DNA of 64,000 nucleotides from Paraspadella gotoi (Eukaryota; Animalia; Chaetognatha): NCBI GenBank assembly GCA_051294375.1, contig CM119265.1, positions 716,089 to 780,088 of the forward strand, read 5' to 3'. Shown piece by piece: positions 40,401 to 51,009 of this stretch (position 1 is its first letter; each line of letters starts with the position of its first letter). The notes under the pieces were generated by a model. It saw only the letters and a program-made list of their open reading frames with translations, ran no database searches and was not told where the DNA came from. The position numbers and the translations under genes were made by a program.

Positions 40401-42158
40401 TATGCAGATTTCATAAGATATGATATGATGTATTTTACATTTGGAAGTGGTGAAACAAAAGTGAGCATTAATGATGTAAGGGTGGTTAAAGAAAAACCTC
40501 AGCTTACTTGTGGAAAAGGTTTGATTCTTGACAAAGGAGTTTGTAAACTACGATGCCATAAACAGTGTAATGGTTGCATCAAGGAAAATGACCCTAGATC
40601 TTGCAGTAAATGTAACAAAATGTCAATAAAACTTAATAACACCAACTTTATTTGCGTTGAAAAATGTCCTTCAGAATTTTCAGAAATAAAAAATGAGTGT
40701 CAGTGTAAAATGGGAGGTGTTTTTGACATAGATTTAAAAATTAAATGCATGCCATGTCCCATGGATACTAAAATCATTAAAGGAATTTGCCAAGGTAATC
40801 CAAAAAACTATAATCTAAAGAAATTTATACAAATGTATGAAAGCTATAAATAAATAAAAGCAAAGTTTCTGCAAGTATTATTAAATTTTATAGCCCACTG
40901 AATTTTGATAAAACTTGAATCGAAACCATGGGTTAATTTTTTTAAAAAAACAGTTGAAAGTACTTTTTTTATATGTATATGTCGATAAGGAGCTAAGTGG
41001 GGCTGAAGAGTACTATCCGCAACTTCTATAACCCTCTCTCGCAGCCGTGGAACGGGTCCTGAGCTTGGAACCAAGCTTGAGGGTTTTCCATGCTCCCAAG
41101 GCGGCTTAAGCCGTCCTCACGCTTCCCGCAGGGTAGGTAGTGGGTTGGGATTGAACCCGGTATCTCGTGGTCATGAGCTGATGGCTTTACTCAATGAGCC
41201 ACCGGGTCATGACTGAAAGTGTTATGCTTATAGGCGGGGTGAATGCCCGACCACATATATATATTTTTTTATTTTTAATTGAAATAATTTTAAAAATGAA
41301 GTCTTCTAGATTTTTTACTCAACATTTTTGCTTTTTAGTTACAAATATTTGTGATAGTAATCCATGCAGAAATGGAGGAAAGTGTATCAGCTCCAATACT
41401 ACATATTTCTTTTGTAGTTGTCCAAAACCTTATTCTGGATCATTATGTCAAGGTAATTTTTTTAAGATTTTAAATAAATTATTAAATTAATTTTATCCTT
41501 ACTTAAAATAAATTTATAAACGTTTATAAAAAACTTTGAAACATTTATATAAAAAAAAATTAAAATTTGAGTTTCAAAGATTTTGCATGATTGTTGCCCA
41601 TCACTCGTATGACTTGGTTTTTTTAATCATTTTAAATAGTGGGAAAACAATGTGCTAAAAATCCTTGCTACAATGGAGGAGAATGTGTAGAAAACAGCAT
41701 GAGAGGATTTGATTGTATTTGCCCAGAAGCCTTTTATAATACTTTATGTGAAACAGGTACAACACTTTAGTAAGTCATTTTTACTATTAGTAGTCATGAT
41801 TGCTTATGGTACCAACTCTTTCATAATTTACTTAGTCTTTTCTATATTTAGCTCTTATAAATTTTGTAAAAAGAGAAACTGGTAATTTTTTAATTTTATT
41901 GATCATTTTAGCTAAAAATAGGCAGGTATTAATAGGTTTTTGTGTAGTACTAAATTATTTTGAATGAAAAATTAAATCTTTTGGTTATTTGTATTTTGAC
42001 TTTCTTTTGCTATTTAAAATAGTTTAGAGATGAAACGAAAAATTCGTTGTAATAGCAATTTTTTTATTTTTATTAATGTACATGTTTCGACTCTTAGTAT
42101 TACGAGTCTTCATCAGCAAATGAATTCAATAGACCAAAAATTTTTTGAACATTAGTTT

Positions 42159-42189
<31 letters not shown>

Positions 42190-42281
42190 TTTCCAACAAA
42201 GAATTGAGCAAGGATAGTGGTCAGATGTGAGGACAGGTGAAAGTAGGGAAAGAGAGAGCAAATGATTTTTGAAATTGGTGA

Positions 42282-42319
<38 letters not shown>

Positions 42320-42469
42320 ACAGGGATCAATACATTAGGCAATGTACAACAGTGAAAAATTTTAGAAAAAACTAAATATTTAACAAAAGTAATAATAAAT
42401 TAATTGTTAGCTGATGATTGTTGGTAAAATTTTTCACTGTTGTACATTGCCTAATGTATTGATCCCTGT

Positions 42470-42507
<38 letters not shown>

Positions 42508-42599
42508 TCACCAATTTCAAAAATCATTTGCTCTCTCTTTCCCTACTTTCACCTGTCCTCACATCTGACCACTATCCTTGCTCAATTCTTTGTTGGAAA

Positions 42600-42630
<31 letters not shown>

Positions 42631-43721
42631 AAACTAATGTTCAAAAAATTTTTGGTCTATTGAATTCATTTGCTGATGAAGACTCGTAATACTAAGAGTC
42701 GAAACATGTACATTAATAAAAATAAAAAAATTGCTATTACAACGAATTTTTCGTTTCATCTCTAAATCTTTTGGTTATAACTTGTATAACTTAAATTAAA
42801 TATGTTATTATGGATAATGCGCTAAATGGGCTGAAGATGATTATCCGTAACTTCAATTACCCCCTCTAGCAGCCAAGGAACGGGTCCTGGGCTTGGAACC
42901 AGGCTTGAGGGTATATCAGATCCCCAAGGCGCCTTACGGCCGTCCTCACGCTTCCCGTAGGGTAGGTATCTTGATGAGATTGAACCCTCAGGCGTAGTGA
43001 AAGTTACATACGAAAATTTTAAAAGTTAATTATGAACAACATACCATCAGTGAACATTAATTTCTAAAAAAAAATTATTTTATGTTTTTTAATTTTCGCA
43101 GTAGGCTATATTTATATATAGTACTATCCTTATAAAATCAAAAAATTTCAAAATAGGCTTTTTTAAATTTTGATTGCAGATTTAAATTCCTCGTCAAAAG
43201 TTGATAAAAGAAAATATAAATCATTTTTAAAAATTCTTTCATTAAGTGGGTTAAAAATTAAAAAAAACTATATTTAATATATTAAAAGTTAATTCTCAGC
43301 TTAAAATATAGCTTTTTCTAATTTTTGACCCACTTAATGAAGGAATTTTTTAAAAAGAGTTATTGTGTTAATTCTTTCGGCTTCGTTAAGCTCTATCTTA
43401 ATTCTTAATTTTTCACTTTAACAGTCACTTATCTATCCCTCACAAAATGTATCATTTCACATTTAAAAACTTTCTTTCTTTCATTACTATCTATTTATTA
43501 CTAGAATAATTGTTAAACTCCCATTAGTTTAAACTTATTCCTTGTTGTACATTACATAATGTATTATTTTGTCTCTCCCTGTTTCTCTCTCTCTCCCTTT
43601 CTCCTTCTGTCTCTCTCTCTTTTCACAACTGATCTGTCCTCAACTCAAACTGTACTCATTCTTTAACCACTATCTCTGTGTGGAAACTTTTAGCCCTCTC
43701 TCTCTCTCTCTCTTTCTCTCA

Positions 43722-43764
<43 letters not shown>

Positions 43765-46700
43765 TCTTTTACACAAATTTGTTAATGCATCATTATCGCT
43801 GATGAAGACTCGAAATGAAGAGTCGAAACATGTCCGTATATTAATAAATAAAATCGTTGACGAAAATATTTCCAAACTTTGTTAAATTAAAAAGAGTTAT
43901 ATTTCTTTTTATCAAATTTTTATGACGAATCCAAATGTGCAAAAAAAATCTTAGAAAAAACTGTTTTGAAATTTTAATATTTATTGGTTTAGTACTAGTA
44001 TAAATATGTTTTATTACATAAATATTTATTAGTATAATGTTGTTCGTTCCTCACTTTTAGAATTTTAATTAAAGTTAAATTTAAGAATTTTACTACGCCT
44101 TATTGAACCCGGTACCTAGTGGTCGTGAGCTGATGGCTTTACTCAATGAGCCACAGGGTCACAACTGAAAGTGTCATGCTTATAGGCTTATAGTATATAT
44201 AGAGAGATATAAAATTAATAATTACTGAATATTGAAGCCGGGTTTTTCTCTTGAATTGCAAAATTCTCCCTCCACTAATTAATTTTTTTTAACCTAAAAA
44301 GATTGATTTTTTTTTAGCTTTCAGTGTTTCAAGATATCAACACATACAAACTTCGCCTAAAGCCCGGGGATTTGATCCAAAAAAGTTAATAGATGGATGC
44401 AGAGATGAGTAAGTCTTATTTAAAATTTATTAAACAAATTTTAAACGTCAAAACATTTGACATAAAATTTCTTTTATGATTAGGAGTTCGTGTTTTCGGT
44501 CAAAAAAGGTTAAAAATCCATTTTTAGAGGTGGATCTTGGAAAGAAGTTTTTGAGTGAGTTTTTGAAGATGATTGGAAATTTAAAAAAAAACATGTTTTC
44601 CTTTTTTACTCGTTTTTCCTTCAGTTGGCAATGTGACCTTATTTAGTCGGGCCAATATCGCTGAAGCGTGGAACCAACTGTTTCCTTTTCGAGTAGAACT
44701 TTTCTCCAATAAATCTGTCATTGGAGTCTGTGGAGATACTGACTTTATAGCAAAAGACTTTGAAAATGGCTCAAAGGAAATCACTTTTGGTTGTGGAAAC
44801 GTTGGGCAAAAAGCAGACAAGGTTAAGCTCACAATTTTGAAAGAAGAAAAATTGGAACTCTGTGAAATTGAGGTTTTTCAAAGAGAAGAAAAATGTGAGT
44901 GCACAAAGAACATGGTAAAAATTATAATATATATTATATTATATAATTATAAGGGTACCATCGCAGGAAATAGATTTATCGTGTAGCTTGTATGTATTAT
45001 GTCGCTGCTTGACTTTTTCTCTATCATTACAACTCAATAAAAGACATGATTATCACTTGACTGCACAAGTAAGAAGCACATGCAAATTAGAATTACTTAA
45101 GATATGATGCATTGATTTCTGGTTAATAGTTATGTGATTTCTTGACTGCATAGCCATAAGTATAGTAAAAACTAATAAAAAGAAATCTTTAAACCAAAAT
45201 TGTTTTAAACAGGTACCAAATTCAAAGCTCTATCTGCCAAGGCTTCTTCTAACCTCAGAAATCTTTACTCTACGAAGAATTTAATAGATAATACATACTT
45301 TACAAAGTGAGTAATTCACTTTACTAATCTACTTATTTGAAATATTAATTTTTTACCATTTTTAAAATTATTTTTAAAAATATATGATATGATATGATAT
45401 ATATATACTATGATTTAATTAATCAATGCTAATTCTAAAATTCAGTTTTCAGATACATTTAATACAAGTATAATAAGGAATGAACACTTTTCCAGTAATG
45501 TATGGGTGCAAGAAAAATGTTTTGCTACAGAACCAGAGATGAACCCAAGCGTGGAAATACTCTTTTCAAAAATTGAAACAAGTAAGTGTCATTTTTGGGT
45601 ACAATTAAAATGTTAAACTGTCAAAATTTTGATAATATTATAGGAGTAGGGTAAGCCGACCAAATTCAAATTTTAATGGGAACAGCATTAAACAAATCCG
45701 TTAACGGTATTTCTTATTGTGTTAAAATATTTCTTTGCAAAAATGTACTGAATTTCTTAATTTTCTGTAAATTCTATATAAATTATAAAGTAATTTTTTT
45801 TATATATGAAGTTTTTTATTTGATTCTGATTGTTCTCAAAAAATATAATTACAAAAATATAATTAGAACTTTTTCAAAATTTTAATGTTTTATTATTAAA
45901 AATAAGAAAACACTTATACAATTTTCGTAAGATGATAATAATGAATAGTTTTTAAGATTTTTCCTAATTTTAACCCGCACTTATCATCAAAATATTGAAA
46001 AAAGAAATATACTTCGTGAGACAACTTTCGGAATCTGCTTTAAAAAAAAATTTGATAAAAATTATTTGACATTTCTTATTTAAAATTATATATTTAAAAA
46101 TATTTACTAGTGCTTGGAGCCAATTTAGAAATTTTGGTTCATTGAAAGTTTTCTCAGAAATGTATAAAGTTCCATTGAAAAGGTTCTCAAATCAAACTTC
46201 TGACCCTCCCCATTGATATAGGCTGGCCGTAATAGGAGGAAATTGCAGTGAAAAGAAAACCGTATATATAAAAAATACATTACTTTACGGATATTGCTAT
46301 TTTATTATCTTAAGAAAGGAATGAGGTCCTTATTGAATAAATACAAAATTCTTATGTTGATTGGATAAAATTCATAAACCTTATGTTAAACAAGGCATAT
46401 AATAATATAACCAATGTAATGGACGTCTAAATTGCCATGGAGAATAAAAAGAATCCTGATAATATGACCCAAAATATCCTTTTTTTTCTTTTTCAGTCGG
46501 TCATGTGAGAATTTGGAATCGTGTTGATTCCTTAAAATCTTGGTTGAAAATTTTCCCATTTCGCGTTGAAATTTGGAAAGGTCGACTTAAAATGGGAAAC
46601 TGTAAAACGGATGAAATTGGTCAGTACTATTTCTATGATTTATCACCGAAATTGGAAGTGGATTGCGGAGCCAGTGGCATCGAAGGTGATCGTGTGCGTA

Positions 46701-48411
46701 TTCAAAAACTTGGTTACGATTCACTATACATTTGCGAAGTGGAAGTCTTTCCGATCAATTGTAAGTCTCAAGGGTTTTTTTTTCATTTTTAAATTCCGAT
46801 TTTAAATCAATGTGTAATCGTACTAATTCAATAATGAAAGTTTTTTTTATTAAATAGCAGTATTTCAATTATTAATAAATCCCTTTCGACAGAATAGAAG
46901 TTGATTAATAAACTTTTTTCTAGGAAAATAAAAACTGTACTGATTTCCATGTTAATCATTAAAAAATAGTACAATAATTTTTTGGTCATTAGTACTGGCT
47001 CATTAATATTTTTATTTTTTGCTAGTATGTATTTCGATTTAGAAAGATGAGAGAGGATGAGAAAGAGAAAGAAAGAGATAAAGATAAAGACAGAGAGAGA
47101 GAGAGAGAAAAAGACCAAGAAAGTCAAAATATAAAAGGAATCTCTACGACATTTAAGGCATGGAATGTTACCGGGGTGTTGGCTTCAACTACCGCGGAAA
47201 ATTTTCAAAAACAGGAAATGGAAAAACGTGTCAAGATTGGTGGAAATCTCGTTCACCAAAATGGAATCCGAGAAAGTAAGTTTGTTCAGAAATTTAGAAA
47301 TTTTGTAATCATATGAATTTGGTAAAATTAACATAAAATTATCCATTCATTTAATAAATAAGCTATCTTGCCCCTGACTTTGGACAGGCTTTGGTTCACG
47401 CTCAGAGTACCTGGGCTTCCTATTAATGAAGTGGTATAATGTTTCAAATAATGTATGGTGGACTAAAATCCACCAACCGTTCATGCAGCGGCCATTGGTG
47501 CCGGAGGCAAGTCATTCGCCTCCCAACCCAAAGGTCCGGGGTTCTAGCCCGGTGGTCGTCTGGCAGTTAAGAGGGACGGGGCGCTTAACCCGCCTGTAAC
47601 ATGGTGTTACAGCCTGATCCGAAGCTCAGGGACTGCTTATATTGAACGGTTCTGTCACTAACACATAATAATAATTACTGTCTCTTCATTGGTGAGCCCG
47701 ACTTCCGAACACAACAGCAACAACAACACTCTCAGGCGACATGCCTCAACCTGGCGATGCACTTTCCGCCCACAACACATCAGGCGACATGCCTCAACTT
47801 GGTGACGAACTTTCCACCAACAACAACAATTCACTGAAGAGACGCAACAGATTTCTCCCTACGGGAGGGGGGATGTATGGTGGACTAAAATCCACCAACC
47901 GTTCATCAGCGGCCATTGGTGCCGGAGGCAAGTCATTCGCCTCCCAACCCAAAGGTCCGGGTTCTAGCCCGGTGGTCGTCTGGCAGTTAAGAGGGACGGG
48001 GCGCTTAACCCGCCTGTAACATGGTGTTACAGCCTGATCCGAAGCTCAGGACTGCTTATATTGAACGGTTCTGTCACTAACACATAATAATAATTACTGT
48101 CTCTTCAAATGTTTCAATTGTATGATTCTATTTGATGACAGAATAATAAAGTTGAATAAAGCTGATGCGCTGCATAACATTTAAATCACCATTTCCAATT
48201 CATAGGTTATTTTAATTAGTTTATTGAATGTGAAATTAAAAATTGCGATGTTCTATTGTTTTTATAAAACCTAAATATTTTTTTTATTTCCAGTCTTCCC
48301 GACGCTGGGTTACAAGGAAATTACTGCAGAAATCCCTCCAAATCTAGAGGAGGCCCTTGGTGTTACACCGAAGGATGGAAATATGAATTTTGCAATGTCC
48401 CTTATTGTTAG
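37405..48411 (+). CDS. Gene B: secreted MACPF / Methyltransf_FA-like / furin-like / 2xEGF / 2xF-type lectin / kringle protein, 12 exons, about 1478 aa
   Basis: Exons 37405-37483 (MLILKIVMLLAVFPAMDFS), 37780-40794, 41339-41452, 41640-41756, 44318-44408, 44484-44554, 44625-44894, 45213-45306, 45496-45581, 46497-46760, 47158-47275, 48294-48411 (TAG). Total 4437 nt, divisible by 3. Exon 2 has two compensating indels (+1 at about 38112, -1 at about 38266). Confidence 0.9.
37780..40794 (+). CDS. Gene B exon 2 (3015 nt): pro-region, MACPF, Methyltransf_FA-like domain, furin-like Cys-rich repeats
   Basis: 868-aa ORF 38247-40853 plus upstream frames. FLGVGFDGRG at the MACPF start, WGTHYVKSAKFGG at 38865-38903, IYFHAASSGSIYLVFS..WYYIQM..FTGFFVCIS..IDYGK..YFTFGSG, and CHKQCNGC..CSKC..CVEKCP. 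Confidence 0.92.
40987..41252 (-). mobile_element. tRNA-derived SINE-like repeat (other copies at 42817-42987 + 44103-44187, 51340-51567, 51768-52020)
   Basis: Minus strand A box TGGCTCATTGAG and B box GGTTCAATCCC; shared body and 3' end. Confidence 0.7.
41339..41756 (+). CDS. Gene B exons 3-4, two EGF-like domains
   Basis: CDSNPCRNGGKCISSNTTYFFCSCPKPYSGSLCQ and CAKNPCYNGGECVENSMRGFDCICPEAFYNTLCE. Confidence 0.9.
42079..42116 (-). ncRNA. Minimal hammerhead ribozyme (left arm of inverted pair)
   Basis: Minus strand CTGATGA-A-GACTC gtaatactaa GAGTC-GAAA-CATGTA. Confidence 0.8.
42673..42710 (+). ncRNA. Minimal hammerhead ribozyme (right arm of inverted pair; sense in gene B intron 4)
   Basis: CTGATGA-A-GACTC gtaatactaa GAGTC-GAAA-CATGTA; GUA triplet. 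Confidence 0.8.
42988..44102. mobile_element. Non-autonomous hAT-like element containing a nested hammerhead repeat
   Basis: TIR TCAGGCGTAGTGAAA / TTTTACTACGCCTTA, 8-bp TSD TTGAACCC. Confidence 0.8.
43799..43834 (+). ncRNA. Minimal hammerhead ribozyme (sense in gene B intron 4)
   Basis: CTGATGA-A-GACTC gaaatgaa GAGTC-GAAA-CATGTC; helix I TATCG/CG(T)ATA. Confidence 0.85.
44318..44894 (+). CDS. Gene B exons 5-7, F-type-lectin-like domain 1
   Basis: KKLIDG..SCFRSKKVKNPFLEVDLGKKFL-IGNVTLFSRANIAEAWNQLFPF..LELCEIEVF. Confidence 0.8.
45213..46760 (+). CDS. Gene B exons 8-10, F-type-lectin-like domain 2
   Basis: CTKFKALSAKASS..NLIDN..KCFATEPEMNPSVEILFSKIET-IGHVRIWNRVDSLKSWLKIFPF..LYICEVEVF. Confidence 0.8.
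47158..48411 (+). CDS. Gene B exons 11-12, C-terminal kringle domain
   Basis: ECYRGVGFNYRGKFSKTGNGKTCQDW..NYCRNPSKSRGGPWCYTEGWKYEFCNVPYC*. Confidence 0.9.
47454..48107 (+). mobile_element. TRIM with tRNA-like LTRs in gene B intron 11
   Basis: LTRs 47454-47688 and 47876-48107, PBS 47690-47702, PPT 47863-47873, TSD AATG. An uninterrupted version of the host repeat is visible at about 18890-18930. Confidence 0.9.
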
Positions 48412-48430
48412 AAACGTACAATTTTAAGGG

Positions 48431-48436
48431 AATAAA
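48431..48436 (+). promoter_or_regulatory. Candidate polyadenylation signal of gene B
   Basis: AATAAA 20 nt after the stop codon; weak evidence in AT-rich DNA. Confidence 0.45.
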
Positions 48437-49224
48437 ATCATAAAACAAAAATTAGATATAAAAAATTACTTTATTGGATGATTAATGTGGATTTTTTTCC
48501 GCATACTTCTATGTAGAATTTTGATTTAAGTTTAGCAAATTTTATTAACACTTGGAACCACTCGATTTCGAGATGGCGCTGTTAGTCTACTCAGATTAAA
48601 TCATGCTTTGCTCTTATGTTTAATTTTCATCATTTAAATCTTTACAACTGGTTTTCTATTTCTTAAAATTTTAATTATATTTTTTTGGCTCCTCAGTTGA
48701 TATTGATACATAAATTTTATTCCACTCCTTAACAAATGACATTAACTGTTAATTGTATAAAAATAGAATAATAATTCGTATCGAGTCATAGTTCAATGGT
48801 GCCTTAATGATCTAAAAATCCAAAATAATAATTAAGATTATGCGGTCTCAATTAAATTGTTACATTCATCATTATCCGATTGTCTTCTTTTTTCAAATTA
48901 TGTATGATTAAAAAAAAATATATATATTTTGAATTATTGACGTGATTGATAATAATAAAATTGTCATGACCTTAGACCAAAGAGACTAACACCATAAAAA
49001 TATAAGTATTACTATTAGTATTATTACAAGAATTATTTTTACTGATGCTGATTATATAAATTGTCTGTAAAGTAGACCGACCGGTTTTATATACATTAAG
49101 TCTTCTTACACTTAATAGATAATATTTAAATTAAATGTTTTACTTCTATTTTTTTTCACGTTTATAAAGAGACATACAAACAACAATTCTAAGACAATGA
49201 CGTTAAACAATGTTTAACAGTTCT

Positions 49225-49546
49225 AAATAATGCTTGATAATGCTTGATAATGCTAGATAATGCTTGATAATTCTTGAAAATGCTTGATATATCTTGATAA
49301 TGTTTGATAATGTTTGATAATGCATGATAATGCATGATAATGCTTGATAATATTTGATAATGCTTGATAATTCTTAATAATGCTTGATAATGCTTGATAA
49401 TGCTTGATAATGTTTGATAATGCTTGATAATGCTTGATAATGTTTGATAATGCTTTATAATGCCTGATAATGCTTTATAAATCTTAATAATGCTTGATAA
49501 ATCTTGATAATGCTTGATAATGCTTGATAATGCTTGATAATACTTG
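49225..49546. repeat. 10-bp tandem repeat (TGCTTGATAA)n
   Basis: About 30 units; mirrored at about 53811-54130. Confidence 0.95.
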
Positions 49547-49776
49547 ACTCCGTCGAAAACATCAGCCCTAAACCTTCAAAGGTTTCAATTAGGCTAAATT
49601 AGGCCGAAATTAAAAAATAAATTCTCATCGTAAAAAAAGACGTGAAACAAATGAGCAACAGTTGAGTTTTAATGGCAATAATCATTATTTTATTTGGAGA
49701 GAATATCATCGGTTTTATGAGGGTACATCTTCTCTCTCTCTTCTCTCTCTCTCTCTCTCTCTCCTCTCTATCTCTC

Positions 49777-49828
<52 letters not shown>

Positions 49829-49948
49829 ACTTTTCAAGATTTTTAAAATAAATGCATCGAAATGTTAATATCATAAAATTTCCTTCCTAAAAATTCAACC
49901 CAAGCCACCGATATGCACCTTTTTGCGTGTGGGCGGCGTCTCACACAG

Positions 49949-50026
<78 letters not shown>

Positions 50027-50814
50027 CTCTCTCTCCCCTCTACTTCACCCACATTTTTTAGCTTTTAAATACTCAGTTTAAAAAACCTTTAAATTAAAAA
50101 TAATTAATCAAACTCATTCGAGTTCACTCTCCTCAGTTTTTTTTAGGCGCGAGTCCCTGTCGCTTCCTTCTCCCAAATTAGCTCTTCAATATCATCACCC
50201 TGTATCAAACGACAGAGTTTTTCGCCGAAAATAAAAAAAACAGCTTTAATTGAGTTAATCAAATGTTGTTTTTTTTCAAAAAGTCGGCAAAATTCGATCT
50301 CTCAACAGCAACTGAGTACTTAATTAGAATATTTTTGGTCGGTCTCTCAGTTAGTTATTTAACAATATAATATCAAAAATATCAATGAGCTTAAAATGAT
50401 AATTCTTTAAACTTTATTGGCATACGTTAAAATAAAACAGTAGTTGATCTTAAATAAAATGATCATAAAATATTTTGAATACATTTTCAATTTTAAATAC
50501 AATTCAGAATTAAATTATTTTTTTAGATTTAAACTTAAGGTAAATGGTTAAGTTTAAAACTTAAACCGTTTTATTAAAATCCGCAACAAAAAAAACTTTG
50601 CCAACTGTTTTTTCTCCCAACTTGAATTTCTTTTTCTTTCTTTCCTTTTTTTTTTTTGCAGCCGGTAATTAATTTTTTTTTATTATTTAAAAAAAATTAG
50701 AATGAAAGTTTAAATTTTAATACTAAACAGCGGCGCACTTATTCAATCAATCAATCAATCATGAAAATCAGTCCATCTGTTGAACCGAATTCATTAACCA
50801 ATTAGATCAAGGAA

Positions 50815-50846
<32 letters not shown>

Positions 50847-51009
50847 ATCAAAAAAGAGGAAAGAATCTCAGACCCGAAAATGACTCAAATTCAATGAAAA
50901 AAAAACATCATTTCTTTTCATTTGTCAAGTTAATCCAGAAATGAGTCCACGTTTTACGGTTAAAGAGGAAAACCTTTGGCAAGGTGAAAAAAGAGGAAGT
51001 ATTAATGAA

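Larger units (their letters stand above)
41989..42766. mobile_element. Young inverted Penelope-type insertion: apparently identical 342-bp arms 42023-42364 and 42425-42766
   Basis: No mismatch seen between the arms. Flanking direct repeat TAAATCTTTTGGTTAT at 41973-41988 and 42763-42778; a 34-bp extension on the left arm. Confidence 0.8.

Noticed and set aside
40100-40490. Farnesoic acid O-methyltransferase enzyme activity
   Set aside because: Only the Methyltransf_FA-like beta domain is suggested, inside a secreted protein with no SAM-binding motif. An enzymatic role is unsupported.
47488-47560. Functional tRNA-Gly gene
   Set aside because: The anticodon stem is mispaired and the unit is an integral part of a repeated LTR.
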